A DNA stretch of 35,076 nt, from IMG/VR virus record IMGVR_UViG_3300033994_001010. One strand, written 5' to 3'. Source of the DNA: an uncultured virus (IMG/VR IMGVR_UViG_3300033994_001010) (taxonomy: Duplodnaviria > Heunggongvirae > Uroviricota > Caudoviricetes). Each line of letters opens with the position of its first letter. Position 1 is the first letter of the stretch. The notes beneath the pieces were generated by a model. That model was not told where the DNA came from and did no database searches. It saw only the letters and a list, made by a program, of their open reading frames with translations. Below are positions 26,722 to 35,056 of the stretch, in pieces. Made by a program: the position numbers and the translations under genes.

Positions 26722-27282
26722 ATGAAAGTACCAAAAGATGCCACAGGAGCGTATGTCAAATACGTTTTCTTTGATGAAATTGATTCAATCGATCCGGCAG
26801 AACTTGACGTGAATGATGCTGATGTAAAAGTTGCATTCATTTCATTCGGGGATTACAACCCTGAATTAGACCGATGCTCACTCACTGGAGTTCCTGATGA
26901 GCAAATCTTTTTCTACTCAACACGCAATGAGTTCCCAATGTTGTTTGATGAGCAAAGCGGAGAAGACTTCTTATTGATCAGTGAGCCGCATTTTTACTTT
27001 GAAGACATTTCATCGAGTAAAGAAAAAGCACGTAAAGACTTTCCAATGCAGTGTGTGGTGTTCTTATCCATGCCGGATACTTTGCAAGGGAAGGCTTACG
27101 GGTCATTCAAAGATGGTGGGGAAGCATTCGAGTTCATCGTCAATAGTTCCGAGTCGCAGGGATACTTCTCGATTGTCCCATTACGTAACCCAAACAAGTC
27201 GAGGGACTACCACGACTGGTGGTTGCCGGATCATGTCGAAGGAATGCACGTTCCACAAGATGAATGGAACTTTTCAAAATAA
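26722..27282 (+). CDS. hypothetical acidic protein
   Basis: 186-aa ORF abutting the previous gene. Confidence 0.7.
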   Translation: MKVPKDATGAYVKYVFFDEIDSIDPAELDVNDADVKVAFISFGDYNPELDRCSLTGVPDEQIFFYSTRNEFPMLFDEQSGEDFLLISEPHFYFEDISSSKEKARKDFPMQCVVFLSMPDTLQGKAYGSFKDGGEAFEFIVNSSESQGYFSIVPLRNPNKSRDYHDWWLPDHVEGMHVPQDEWNFSK

Positions 27283-27285
27283 AGG

Positions 27286-27314
27286 TTGCAATGTGCCACG
27301 ATCTGTGGTTCAAT
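27286..27314 (+). promoter_or_regulatory. promoter-like repeat
   Basis: TTGCAA-17 bp-TTCAAT followed by an AACCCAAACAAGGAG leader. Confidence 0.55.
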
Positions 27315-27351
27315 CAATATCCCAAATCAAAACCCAAACAAGGAGACAGAA

Positions 27352-27753
27352 ATGTCAGCATCAACAAAAGTAGAGAAAATACAGAATGGAGTAGTGAAGA
27401 TTGGCAACTGCCCTGTCGATTCCGGACAGATCATGCTTGTTGATCCTTGTTACATCAAAGACTTCGACAGCAACGACTACGCATACCAAGAGTGGCAGAA
27501 GAAGCGCAATGGAACTGAGTTCAGTTACTCAGCAACGTGCAATGTCACAATTCAATCACCAGCACAAGGTGGTCAAGTTGGTTGTGCAGTTGCAACATCA
27601 TCAGGTTGGGGTGACGGAACGTATCCGGTGTACGCAACAATCGAAGACGGTCGTGTAACTGAAGTAACGATCTACTTTGAAAACGAACCAAAGACAGACT
27701 GGGAATGCATCAGGTGTGGTGAAGGACATTTCGATTGTGAATGTGGTGAATGA
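27352..27753 (+). CDS. DUF4241-like protein
   Basis: VDSGQIMLVDPCY and SGWGDGTYPVY motifs. Confidence 0.7.
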   Translation: MSASTKVEKIQNGVVKIGNCPVDSGQIMLVDPCYIKDFDSNDYAYQEWQKKRNGTEFSYSATCNVTIQSPAQGGQVGCAVATSSGWGDGTYPVYATIEDGRVTEVTIYFENEPKTDWECIRCGEGHFDCECGE

Positions 27754-27754
27754 C

Positions 27755-28345
27755 ATGAACGAAAAAGATTGGAATGTCACAGATGGTTTGCAACCAAACC
27801 AACGCTTGTACGTCAAGCAAGCACCAACTCGTGTGCGTGTGTTGATCGATAACTCAATGGTTCATCTTCCAGCAGAGTGGTTGGAAGATGCCTACGTGCT
27901 CGATGATGGTGGAAACCTTGAAGACGGGTATTCACTGATCCGTATTCCGAAGTACAACAATTCTCGTGGCAAAATTGCTAATCGTGACGTTGTGTTCTTC
28001 ACACAAAACATGCCGGAAAAAACGTACACAAATCGAATCGAGATTGGTGACGTGTTTCGATACAAGGACACATCATCATTACAAGATGAAGAAGTAGAAG
28101 ATGCACCGGAATGGTTGAACAATTTGTGCAACAGAATCGATGCACTCGAAGCACAAGTTGAAGTGCTCGAGCCTGAGAACTTCAGAAACCTCGTAATGTC
28201 GCTGATTGAATCACCAGCGTTTGCACACATGGTCTTCAACACAGTCCGGCAACAATCGATCAGATATCAGAACTCACAGAAAACAATAAAGGAACTGTGG
28301 GATTCCAACACGCCGCTTTACTACCGAGACAAAGGGTGGAGATGA
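27755..28345 (+). CDS. hypothetical protein
   Basis: Start moved to ATG 27755, just after the preceding stop. Confidence 0.65.
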   Translation: MNEKDWNVTDGLQPNQRLYVKQAPTRVRVLIDNSMVHLPAEWLEDAYVLDDGGNLEDGYSLIRIPKYNNSRGKIANRDVVFFTQNMPEKTYTNRIEIGDVFRYKDTSSLQDEEVEDAPEWLNNLCNRIDALEAQVEVLEPENFRNLVMSLIESPAFAHMVFNTVRQQSIRYQNSQKTIKELWDSNTPLYYRDKGWR

Positions 28346-28414
28346 TCAATTACGCCACAGTGGGCTGGTGTGTCTTTTACACGGCCTTGCTCATTTACCT
28401 TCTGTGGGAATAAG

Positions 28415-28443
28415 TTGGAATGTGTCCCACGAGTAGATACCCT
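28415..28443 (+). promoter_or_regulatory. promoter-like element
   Basis: TTGGAA-17 bp-TACCCT; GTTGGAATGTG resembles the GTTGCAATGTG copies. Confidence 0.5.
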
Positions 28444-28474
28444 GAATACCCCATAACCGAACAAGGAGAAAATC

Positions 28475-28693
28475 ATGAATACCCAAAGGAAAGAACAGAA
28501 GGTGAGTTCCCGACTTTACGACCTTCGAATCGAGCGAGAAATGTCGCAAGATCGACTGGCACAGAAAGCAGGAATTGATCGCAAGACTGTGAACAGAATT
28601 GAGAACGGACACTTCTCACCAAGTTTGCAAACACTCATTCGACTTTGCAGTGCATTGAAGGTAAAGCCTTCCGATGTACTTGCCGGAATCTGA
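28475..28693 (+). CDS. XRE/Cro-C1-type HTH transcriptional regulator
   Basis: LRIEREMSQDRLAQKAGIDRKTVNRIENGHFSPSLQTL. Confidence 0.9.
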   Translation: MNTQRKEQKVSSRLYDLRIEREMSQDRLAQKAGIDRKTVNRIENGHFSPSLQTLIRLCSALKVKPSDVLAGI

Positions 28694-28707
28694 ACAGGAG
28701 CAGAACA

Positions 28708-29106
28708 ATGGTCGATATCGCATACAACGAAAAAACAAAGCAGTGGGACAGACTGCCAAATCACCCCGAATACGAACAGGAGAACAACGTGGACATGATC
28801 CAAGATTTGTTGAACAAACACTGGACACTAAATCCACCAGTTGCAGACATGGCTGATGCTCAGTTGAAGCGTGGTGACATCGTTGGGCATTCCGGTGGTG
28901 TTGTGCTCGAGTTCTCATTGAATAGAGCACGTGGTGATGGTTCATACTCAGTGTGGACAGCGTTGTGTCTCTTACCCGACAATGACTACACACCATTCGT
29001 TGTGTGGAACGTCATTGCTCGACCGGAAGGGTTTACTGCCGAGTCCGGCGATTACACACGTACACTCTTTGAAGCCATAACAGCATTTACGAAACGATCA
29101 AAGTAG
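28708..29106 (+). CDS. hypothetical protein
   Basis: ATG after AGGAG; TPFVVW...SGDY motif. Confidence 0.7.
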   Translation: MVDIAYNEKTKQWDRLPNHPEYEQENNVDMIQDLLNKHWTLNPPVADMADAQLKRGDIVGHSGGVVLEFSLNRARGDGSYSVWTALCLLPDNDYTPFVVWNVIARPEGFTAESGDYTRTLFEAITAFTKRSK

Positions 29107-29115
29107 GAGCAAATC

Positions 29116-29289
29116 ATGGAAAACAAAATGGAAAACAAAATTGAATGTCTGAACCAATTAGTCGATTTGTACTCAAAGATCAAATCTGATCCAACTGATT
29201 ACATTCGCAGAAACGATGTGTTGCAACATCTCGAGTGGTCAATGTCAAGCATTGCTGATTCAATTTGGCAAGACACACACACGCTCTAA
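29116..29289 (+). CDS. 57-aa hypothetical protein
   Basis: AGGAG RBS; starts with a duplicated ATGGAAAACAAA (MENKMENK). Confidence 0.6.
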   Translation: MENKMENKIECLNQLVDLYSKIKSDPTDYIRRNDVLQHLEWSMSSIADSIWQDTHTL

Positions 29290-29359
29290 AAATCTTTGTA
29301 ATGGGTCTGTGATCGAAGCCTCCGCAACGATCACGGAATCCGCCCCATTGCAAGTAAGG

Positions 29360-29390
29360 AAATGCACCAGCAGAAATGTTGGTGCATTTT
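29360..29390 (+). terminator. intrinsic terminator
   Basis: AAATGCACCAGCA-GAAA-TGTTGGTGCATTTT. Confidence 0.75.
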
Positions 29391-29439
29391 CATTTTGTGC
29401 CGCTATCCTGAATATCCCAAACCCAAAGAAGGAGAAGTA

Positions 29440-29715
29440 ATGCAAAGTTATGAACAGCAGATGTTCACGCATCAGTTGGTGTTCAGTATCATTCACACCA
29501 TTCGCAATGTCGAAGGGTCTGCACTGGTTGGAGCACTCGACAAAACGCTCGAGGATCACGATCAGTTTCTAAAGACAACACCGATTCCGGCGCACGTTGC
29601 GGATTGGTTAGACAACCTGATTGAATTGATGAACAACTGCGAAGGAGCAGAATTAGCACGTGAACTCAAAAACCTCAAACCACCAACACGGAAGGAAACT
29701 AGCAATGCCAAATGA
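29440..29715 (+). CDS. hypothetical protein
   Basis: ATG after AACCCAAAGAAGGAG. Confidence 0.65.
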   Translation: MQSYEQQMFTHQLVFSIIHTIRNVEGSALVGALDKTLEDHDQFLKTTPIPAHVADWLDNLIELMNNCEGAELARELKNLKPPTRKETSNAK

Positions 29716-30112
29716 AATCAAAGATTGTCCACACTGTGGAGAACCAATACCGAGTCGTGAGCATGCCGGAATGTATGCCGGAGCAATCTCACGCATCGAC
29801 AACAAAACTGAAATATGCAGTGCTTGTGGAAGTCGAGAAGGACTATCGGAACACTTCAACAACACAATCAAATTGCTGTGGGATCAAATGCTCGCTCCGG
29901 CGAAGTCGAATGTGCGAATTGAAAAAACGTACTCAGTCGATGTAAAGGTTCGAATGTTTGTCCAAGCAACGAACGCTCAAGAAGCATCAGACATCGCCTA
30001 TGAAGCCGCACTTGGCAATGACCCACGTGGAGTTCTTGGGCAATCAGAAGTTCAGCACATCGATGAAACACTCGATGTTGTCGAAGGGTTTCATTCGCTC
30101 ATCGAGCACTGA
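29705..30112 (+). CDS. Zn-finger protein with C-terminal VQATNAQEA motif
   Basis: CPHC...GAISRIDNKTEICSACG; AAGGA RBS. Confidence 0.7.
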   Translation: MPNEIKDCPHCGEPIPSREHAGMYAGAISRIDNKTEICSACGSREGLSEHFNNTIKLLWDQMLAPAKSNVRIEKTYSVDVKVRMFVQATNAQEASDIAYEAALGNDPRGVLGQSEVQHIDETLDVVEGFHSLIEH

Positions 30113-30135
30113 TCTCTGGTCAATCCGGAATGCCA

Positions 30136-30169
30136 AAGACCCTCAGCAGAAATGCTGGGGGTTTTTGTT
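30136..30169 (+). terminator. intrinsic terminator
   Basis: GACCCTCAGCA-GAAA-TGCTGGGGGTT followed by TTT. Confidence 0.75.
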
Positions 30170-30325
30170 ATGTATGCCCAAATCTAAGATTCAGGCCACG
30201 CTCCAGCCCTTGTGGAATAAGGCTGAAAAAATAACGTGAGCACAGGTTGGTTTATATGCCCACGTCTGATTGAATCAATGTCCTAAACCCAAACACCGCC
30301 GAAGTGCGGAGAAAGAAGCAACATC

Positions 30326-31384
30326 ATGTCAGCAGAAACAAGCGGGTGGTTGAACCGCATGACCCTGATCGGAAACGCTCTCAAGCGTGGCAAGGCTTGG
30401 CACTGGCGAGCAGAAGATCAAGGCGATGAGTCAAACCACTATGACGGATTCATTCCGGTCGAAGATGTAAAACGCCGACTCTTCAATTTCGAAGCAGTAT
30501 CGAAGCCAGTGTTCGCTCAGAACTCAGACGGAACATTCAAGGCGATCACAGGCAAGCAAGCGATCACACACAGTGCCACTGGCGATGTCTTTGGCGTTGT
30601 GTCTGATCGATATGCGATCCACCAATTCGATGCCGCTTTGCTCGACAACTTGTCGAACATCATTGACTCCAAAGACCTTGGAATTGACTCAGCCGGACTG
30701 CTCCAAAAAGGTGCGAAGGCTTGGGTGCAAATCTCAGTGCCGGAGAACATGAGCACCACTGACGGGTTTGCAATTCGCCCAACACTCATCGGAACAACGT
30801 CACATGACGGATACACCTCGATGAACTTCAAGCGAGTTGCTCAAGCAGTTGTGTGTGACAACACGTTGTCCATCGCAATGAATGAGAAGTCGAACACTGT
30901 CAAGATTCGCCACAAGGGTGATCAGGTGCAGGGCTTGGCTTCGATCCGTGAAGCACTCGACATCGTGTACTCGATGGGCGATGACATGATGAAGGAACTC
31001 GAGCGACTCACGGCTTGGTCAGTCACTGATGATCAGTTCGATGCATTGGTGAAGGATTTGTTCCCGATCTCGATGCAGGAAGTCACGTTCTCTGATGGCA
31101 ATGGCAACACGGTCACCAAGACAATCGATGCTCAAGACACACGCTCTGCCGGAAAGCAGAACCCAAAGCGTGACTTGCTCAACGGTCTGTGGCGTGAAGA
31201 CCCACGTGTTGCTCCTTGGCGAGGAAGTGCATTAGGTGTGGTGCAGGCAACCACCACGTTCCACCAGCACTTCAGTGGCTCTGATAAGAACCGCTACAAC
31301 CGGAACTACACACGCTTGCTCACCAATCAGCAGTCGGACTACGACAAGATGGTGATGGAGAAGTTGGTGCTAGTCACCGCTTAG
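30326..31384 (+). CDS. DUF932/DUF945-family phage/plasmid protein
   Basis: AWHW, GVVSDRY, SAGLL..GAKAW, TSHDG, VVCDNTL, KIRH motifs. Confidence 0.85.
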   Translation: MSAETSGWLNRMTLIGNALKRGKAWHWRAEDQGDESNHYDGFIPVEDVKRRLFNFEAVSKPVFAQNSDGTFKAITGKQAITHSATGDVFGVVSDRYAIHQFDAALLDNLSNIIDSKDLGIDSAGLLQKGAKAWVQISVPENMSTTDGFAIRPTLIGTTSHDGYTSMNFKRVAQAVVCDNTLSIAMNEKSNTVKIRHKGDQVQGLASIREALDIVYSMGDDMMKELERLTAWSVTDDQFDALVKDLFPISMQEVTFSDGNGNTVTKTIDAQDTRSAGKQNPKRDLLNGLWREDPRVAPWRGSALGVVQATTTFHQHFSGSDKNRYNRNYTRLLTNQQSDYDKMVMEKLVLVTA

Positions 31385-31399
31385 TTCCCCAACTGAGCC

Positions 31400-31453
31400 G
31401 AGGCTCGAAACTCTGTAATGTCCCCCACATGCAGAGTTTCGAGCCTCTTTTTT
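31400..31453 (+). terminator. long-stem intrinsic terminator
   Basis: GAGGCTCGAAACTCTG...CAGAGTTTCGAGCCTC followed by TTTTTT. Confidence 0.85.
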
Positions 31454-31521
31454 ATTGTGCCACGTGTGTCTGAATCGACTGCCACGCCGATAAAGTGAGA
31501 GACCCAACGAAGGAGAGAACA

Positions 31522-33003
31522 ATGAAGACTCAAGCCACAGCAACCCAATCGATGCTCGATCTCATGAGCGCAGTCGAGAAGCCGCATTTTCGTTATCTCG
31601 AGACAGCAGTGCCACTCATGGAGCACCAGCGAAGGGCTGTCGATTTCGTGATCAATCGAAGTGACCGGAACACTGCATTGTTGGCACTCGACATGGGAAC
31701 AGGCAAGACCGCTACATCGATTGCAATTTGCATGTCTTCAATCGATGCCGGAATGTCTCCGGTACTTGTGATCTGTCCACCGTCAATGCGATTGCAATTC
31801 GCACGTGAGTTTGCTCGCTTTGCACCATCGCTGAAGGTGAAGACGCTCGAGGGAACAATGCCAGTGAAAATGAAATTGACGTTGCCTGATGCAGACGTGT
31901 TGCTGTGTGGAGACACTCAAGTGAGGGGCTGGTTGCCGTTGCTCATGGGCAATGTGAAGGGAATCATTCTCGATGAGTGCCAACGGATCAAGGATCGCAG
32001 AGCAAAGCGAAGTGATGCAATTCTTCGCATTGCCAACAGTGTTCCGATGTCCGGTATTCGAGTTGCGATGTCGGGAACGCCGCTTATTGCTCGCCCAACT
32101 GATCTCATTCCGGTCATTCGACTACTGGATCGACAATCAACATTCGCACAAGGCGAACGTGGCTTTCTCGCTCGGTATGCACCACGCATCGACTCGTATG
32201 GCACACGTGGTGCTCAGAACTTGAAGGAACTCAATCAAGTGCTGTGCGATTCATTCATGCTCCGAATGAAGCGTGAGGAAGTGCTCACATTGCCAAATCA
32301 TGGCAGAACCGTTCTCACTGTCGAGATGGACTCAGTGCATGCACGTCAGTACGCCCACGCTGAATCGAATCTCTACGAGTGGATCAAGGCAACCAAAGGT
32401 GAGAAAAAAGCAGAGAACGTGTGGAAAGCCGAAGCACTAGTTCGACTCAGCGAACTCCGCCGGATTGCTGGTGCAGGCAAGGTGCATGCAGTGAAGCAAT
32501 ACGCCCGAGAACTAGTCGATGCAGGCGAGCAAGTGTTCATCAGTGCAATTCACACTCCGGTGCTCGATGCATTCATGGGCGAGTTCGAGAACGACAACGC
32601 CGTTCGCATCTCCGGTGGCATGAGTGATGAGAAGAAAATGCAGTCGGTCGATGCATTCCAAAGTGGTCGTGCTCGAGTGCTCGTGGGGAATGTGGTTGCC
32701 GCATCTGTGGGTCTGACTCTCACGTCTGGTCGAATCCACGTGAATGCAGAGTTGCCTTGGTCGAGCACTGATCTGACTCAACTCGAAGCACGTGTGAGCC
32801 GGAATGGGCAGACTCGAGAAACCATCAGCACGATCGTGCTCGCCGGAACATCGGACAACCCGACAATCGATGAGCGCATCTACCAGTTGATCGAGCACAA
32901 AAACACGGTCGTGAACTCGGTGCTCGATGGGGAGTCGGTCGAACTTGTGAATGCAGACATCGAGTCAATCGCACTGGCAGTGCTCCGGCAGTACGGGCTG
33001 TGA
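31522..33003 (+). CDS. second SNF2-family helicase (HARP/SMARCAL1-like)
   Basis: DMGTGKT, LDECQ, MSGTP, SVGLTLT, QLEARVSRNGQ; ATG after AAGGAG. Confidence 0.9.
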   Translation: MKTQATATQSMLDLMSAVEKPHFRYLETAVPLMEHQRRAVDFVINRSDRNTALLALDMGTGKTATSIAICMSSIDAGMSPVLVICPPSMRLQFAREFARFAPSLKVKTLEGTMPVKMKLTLPDADVLLCGDTQVRGWLPLLMGNVKGIILDECQRIKDRRAKRSDAILRIANSVPMSGIRVAMSGTPLIARPTDLIPVIRLLDRQSTFAQGERGFLARYAPRIDSYGTRGAQNLKELNQVLCDSFMLRMKREEVLTLPNHGRTVLTVEMDSVHARQYAHAESNLYEWIKATKGEKKAENVWKAEALVRLSELRRIAGAGKVHAVKQYARELVDAGEQVFISAIHTPVLDAFMGEFENDNAVRISGGMSDEKKMQSVDAFQSGRARVLVGNVVAASVGLTLTSGRIHVNAELPWSSTDLTQLEARVSRNGQTRETISTIVLAGTSDNPTIDERIYQLIEHKNTVVNSVLDGESVELVNADIESIALAVLRQYGL

Positions 33004-33057
33004 GTGCTGCTTTTTTGGGGTGGCCTCAAGGGTGGCCTCGAACTCAAAATTGAGTCG

Positions 33058-33087
33058 TTGCTTTGTGTCACACCTTCGGCGTACACT
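33058..33087 (+). promoter_or_regulatory. SigA-type promoter
   Basis: TTGCTT-18 bp-TACACT. Confidence 0.55.
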
Positions 33088-33139
33088 CGATGTGTCTTCA
33101 CCATTCCGGGGAAGCAACAACCCAAGAAGGAGCAGTGCA

Positions 33140-33382
33140 ATGAAGGATCAAGACAAAGAGCAAGCGTGGAATAATTTCCGCCTTTGGTTCGACTCAATCG
33201 ATGAGCAAGTGAAGGGCAAAACACTCCGAGCAGAGAACACGCATTTGTGGATCACGATGCTCGGCATTCGCAACGTGATGTGTGAAATTGCCATCGCAGA
33301 GTTGGGCGTGAACTGGGTGCATGAGAACAACGTGAAGAATGCCCCATCGAACAGTGCCGCATTTGCAGAGATGGGCTGGTGA
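33140..33382 (+). CDS. hypothetical protein
   Basis: ATG after AACCCAAGAAGGAG. Confidence 0.65.
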   Translation: MKDQDKEQAWNNFRLWFDSIDEQVKGKTLRAENTHLWITMLGIRNVMCEIAIAELGVNWVHENNVKNAPSNSAAFAEMGW

Positions 33383-33385
33383 ATC

Positions 33386-33682
33386 ATGGGTGCTCAATTC
33401 GCTCAAGAACTCTCCGGAGATGATCTCGGACTCGGCATGCGTGAGTCGCTCGGCATTCACCTTCGCCACAACCACTACCCACCAGTACCACTGGGCATGG
33501 TCGATGTCTGCATCAAGGCAATTCAAGCGTTCCGGAAAGACGGAAGGAAGTCGCTCGACACTCGACTCGGCTTGCCGGAAGGCGTGAAATGGCAGTACCA
33601 AGACACAGTGCCAGTGCATGCAGTGATCAGCAATTTTCACCTCGACTCATGGCTCGAAGATGACTCGGAGATCGACCAATGA
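33386..33682 (+). CDS. hypothetical phage protein
   Basis: IHLRHNHYPPVP...I...HLDSWL motif. Confidence 0.7.
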   Translation: MGAQFAQELSGDDLGLGMRESLGIHLRHNHYPPVPLGMVDVCIKAIQAFRKDGRKSLDTRLGLPEGVKWQYQDTVPVHAVISNFHLDSWLEDDSEIDQ

Positions 33683-33861
33683 TCCCCGAGGAAGTGAAGT
33701 GGAACGTCAAGTTTGTGGGGGACTATTTCGCCCTCACGATGTGGCTCACTGCCAGTGATGAAGATCAGGCGATTGCCAACGCCACTGCATTACTTCAGGA
33801 TCACTACGGCTGGGACATGGAGATGTGTGCCAACGAGATCGAGGCACAGCCCGCAGACTGA
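33679..33861 (+). CDS. 60-aa acidic protein
   Basis: ATGA-coupled, GGAG RBS. Confidence 0.65.
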   Translation: MIPEEVKWNVKFVGDYFALTMWLTASDEDQAIANATALLQDHYGWDMEMCANEIEAQPAD

Positions 33862-33881
33862 CCGCTAGTCGATCTGTGATC

Positions 33882-33923
33882 GAAGCCCCAGTGACTCACC
33901 CCCTGAGTTGCTGGGGCTTCTTT
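33882..33923 (+). terminator. intrinsic terminator (copy 1 of duplicated element)
   Basis: GAAGCCCCAGTGACTCA...GAGTTGCTGGGGCTTC followed by TTT. Confidence 0.8.
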
Positions 33924-33997
33924 GCATGTTGGGGATCGATGTTCCGGCGTGATACATTTCGAGTCCGGCAATTCCGCCGTAACGAAGGGAGTCAATA

Positions 33998-34273
33998 ATG
34001 TCAGGGCTGAATTGGAGAGATCATCTCTCCACGACTACGACAAAATCATTCCACGCCACGTGGAATGGCAGGGGTGAGTTCTACACGGGCATCAAGACCG
34101 GAGATCGAGTGTTGGTGAAAGCAAGGTTCTACCAGTGGAGTGACCATCGCTCAACTGATGGCACGATTTCAGTGCTCGATTCCGGCAACGCTTCACTGAG
34201 CATTTCGGAGAGGCAGTTCGATTTGCTCAGTGACTGGGAACTCGCCCCGGAAGTGAGCCTGATCGAAAACTGA
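33998..34273 (+). CDS. hypothetical protein
   Basis: 91 aa, AAGGGAG RBS, flanked by the duplicated terminators. Confidence 0.65.
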   Translation: MSGLNWRDHLSTTTTKSFHATWNGRGEFYTGIKTGDRVLVKARFYQWSDHRSTDGTISVLDSGNASLSISERQFDLLSDWELAPEVSLIEN

Positions 34274-34286
34274 TCGATCCCCAAGC

Positions 34287-34331
34287 GAAGCCCCAGTGAC
34301 TCACGCTCGAGTTGCTGGGGCTTCTTTTTTT
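34287..34331 (+). terminator. intrinsic terminator (copy 2 of duplicated element)
   Basis: GAAGCCCCAGTGACTC...GAGTTGCTGGGGCTTC followed by T7. Confidence 0.85.
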
Positions 34332-34998
34332 GCCCCGACTCGAATTGCCCTCATTCATTCCGGATCACTCGAAATGCGGCGTATAGGAAGCGATAGGAGA
34401 CTCTGAGAACTCGAGTCATGGGTGTTGGGTGCAGGCAATTTGACCAGAGATCGAGTCCACCACGTGCAGACAATTCACCAGTGAATGCTGGGGTATTTGG
34501 GGTGGCCTCGGGACTCGAGTAGTGCTGCTTTTTTCGCCCACTGATCGAGCATCGATTCATTGCTGGAGAGAGAGAGACACATCGAGCATTGCCACGTGGA
34601 GAGAGACATCGAGCGAGCCAGTCGAGCATGCCGGAATGGTGACGTGGCGTTCCGGCTGGTGAATCATTGTGATCACAGATCGAGTTCCGGTGCAGATGCT
34701 CCACCTAGTCCCCGATACCGATTCACTGGCAATTCATAGACCCAAACGTAGGCATGACCGGATATCCCAGCATGCCCGCATTGCCCACTCAGAGCCTCGG
34801 AGAGCGTGGCAGAGAGTAATTGCGTGTGTCGATGCCCCAAACGCTCACAGAGCCTCTCCGTGCGTGAATGCGGCGTTCCCTGTGCCACTGGGGATACCGG
34901 AATGCCCAGTGATCGAGGGACAAACCCTCAACCATGCCCAAACCCAATGCCCATAAGGGAATCGCCCAAACTCTAAACCACTACTTCATACACGGCTA

Positions 34999-35056
34999 TA
35001 ACCCTATAGTAGAGGTAGAGAGTCGAGGCTTGGCAAGTCTAAACCTCTAGTAGAGG
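34999..35056. repeat. two copies of a 17-bp quasi-palindromic motif TAAMCCTMTAGTAGAGG
   Basis: 34999-35015 and 35040-35056 are 15/17 identical; CCTCTA-G-TAGAGG is an inverted repeat. Confidence 0.65.

Noticed and set aside
33575..33705. PEGVKWQ / PEEVKWN similarity between adjacent ORFs
   Set aside because: Too short to distinguish from chance.
590..34888. Minus-strand and alternative-frame ORFs in the track
   Set aside because: They are shadows of well-supported + strand genes and show no recognisable motifs.
34351..34956. ORFs 34351..34704 (-) and 34669..34956 (+)
   Set aside because: Atypical composition and no convincing RBS; they lie in a repeat-rich region after a strong terminator.
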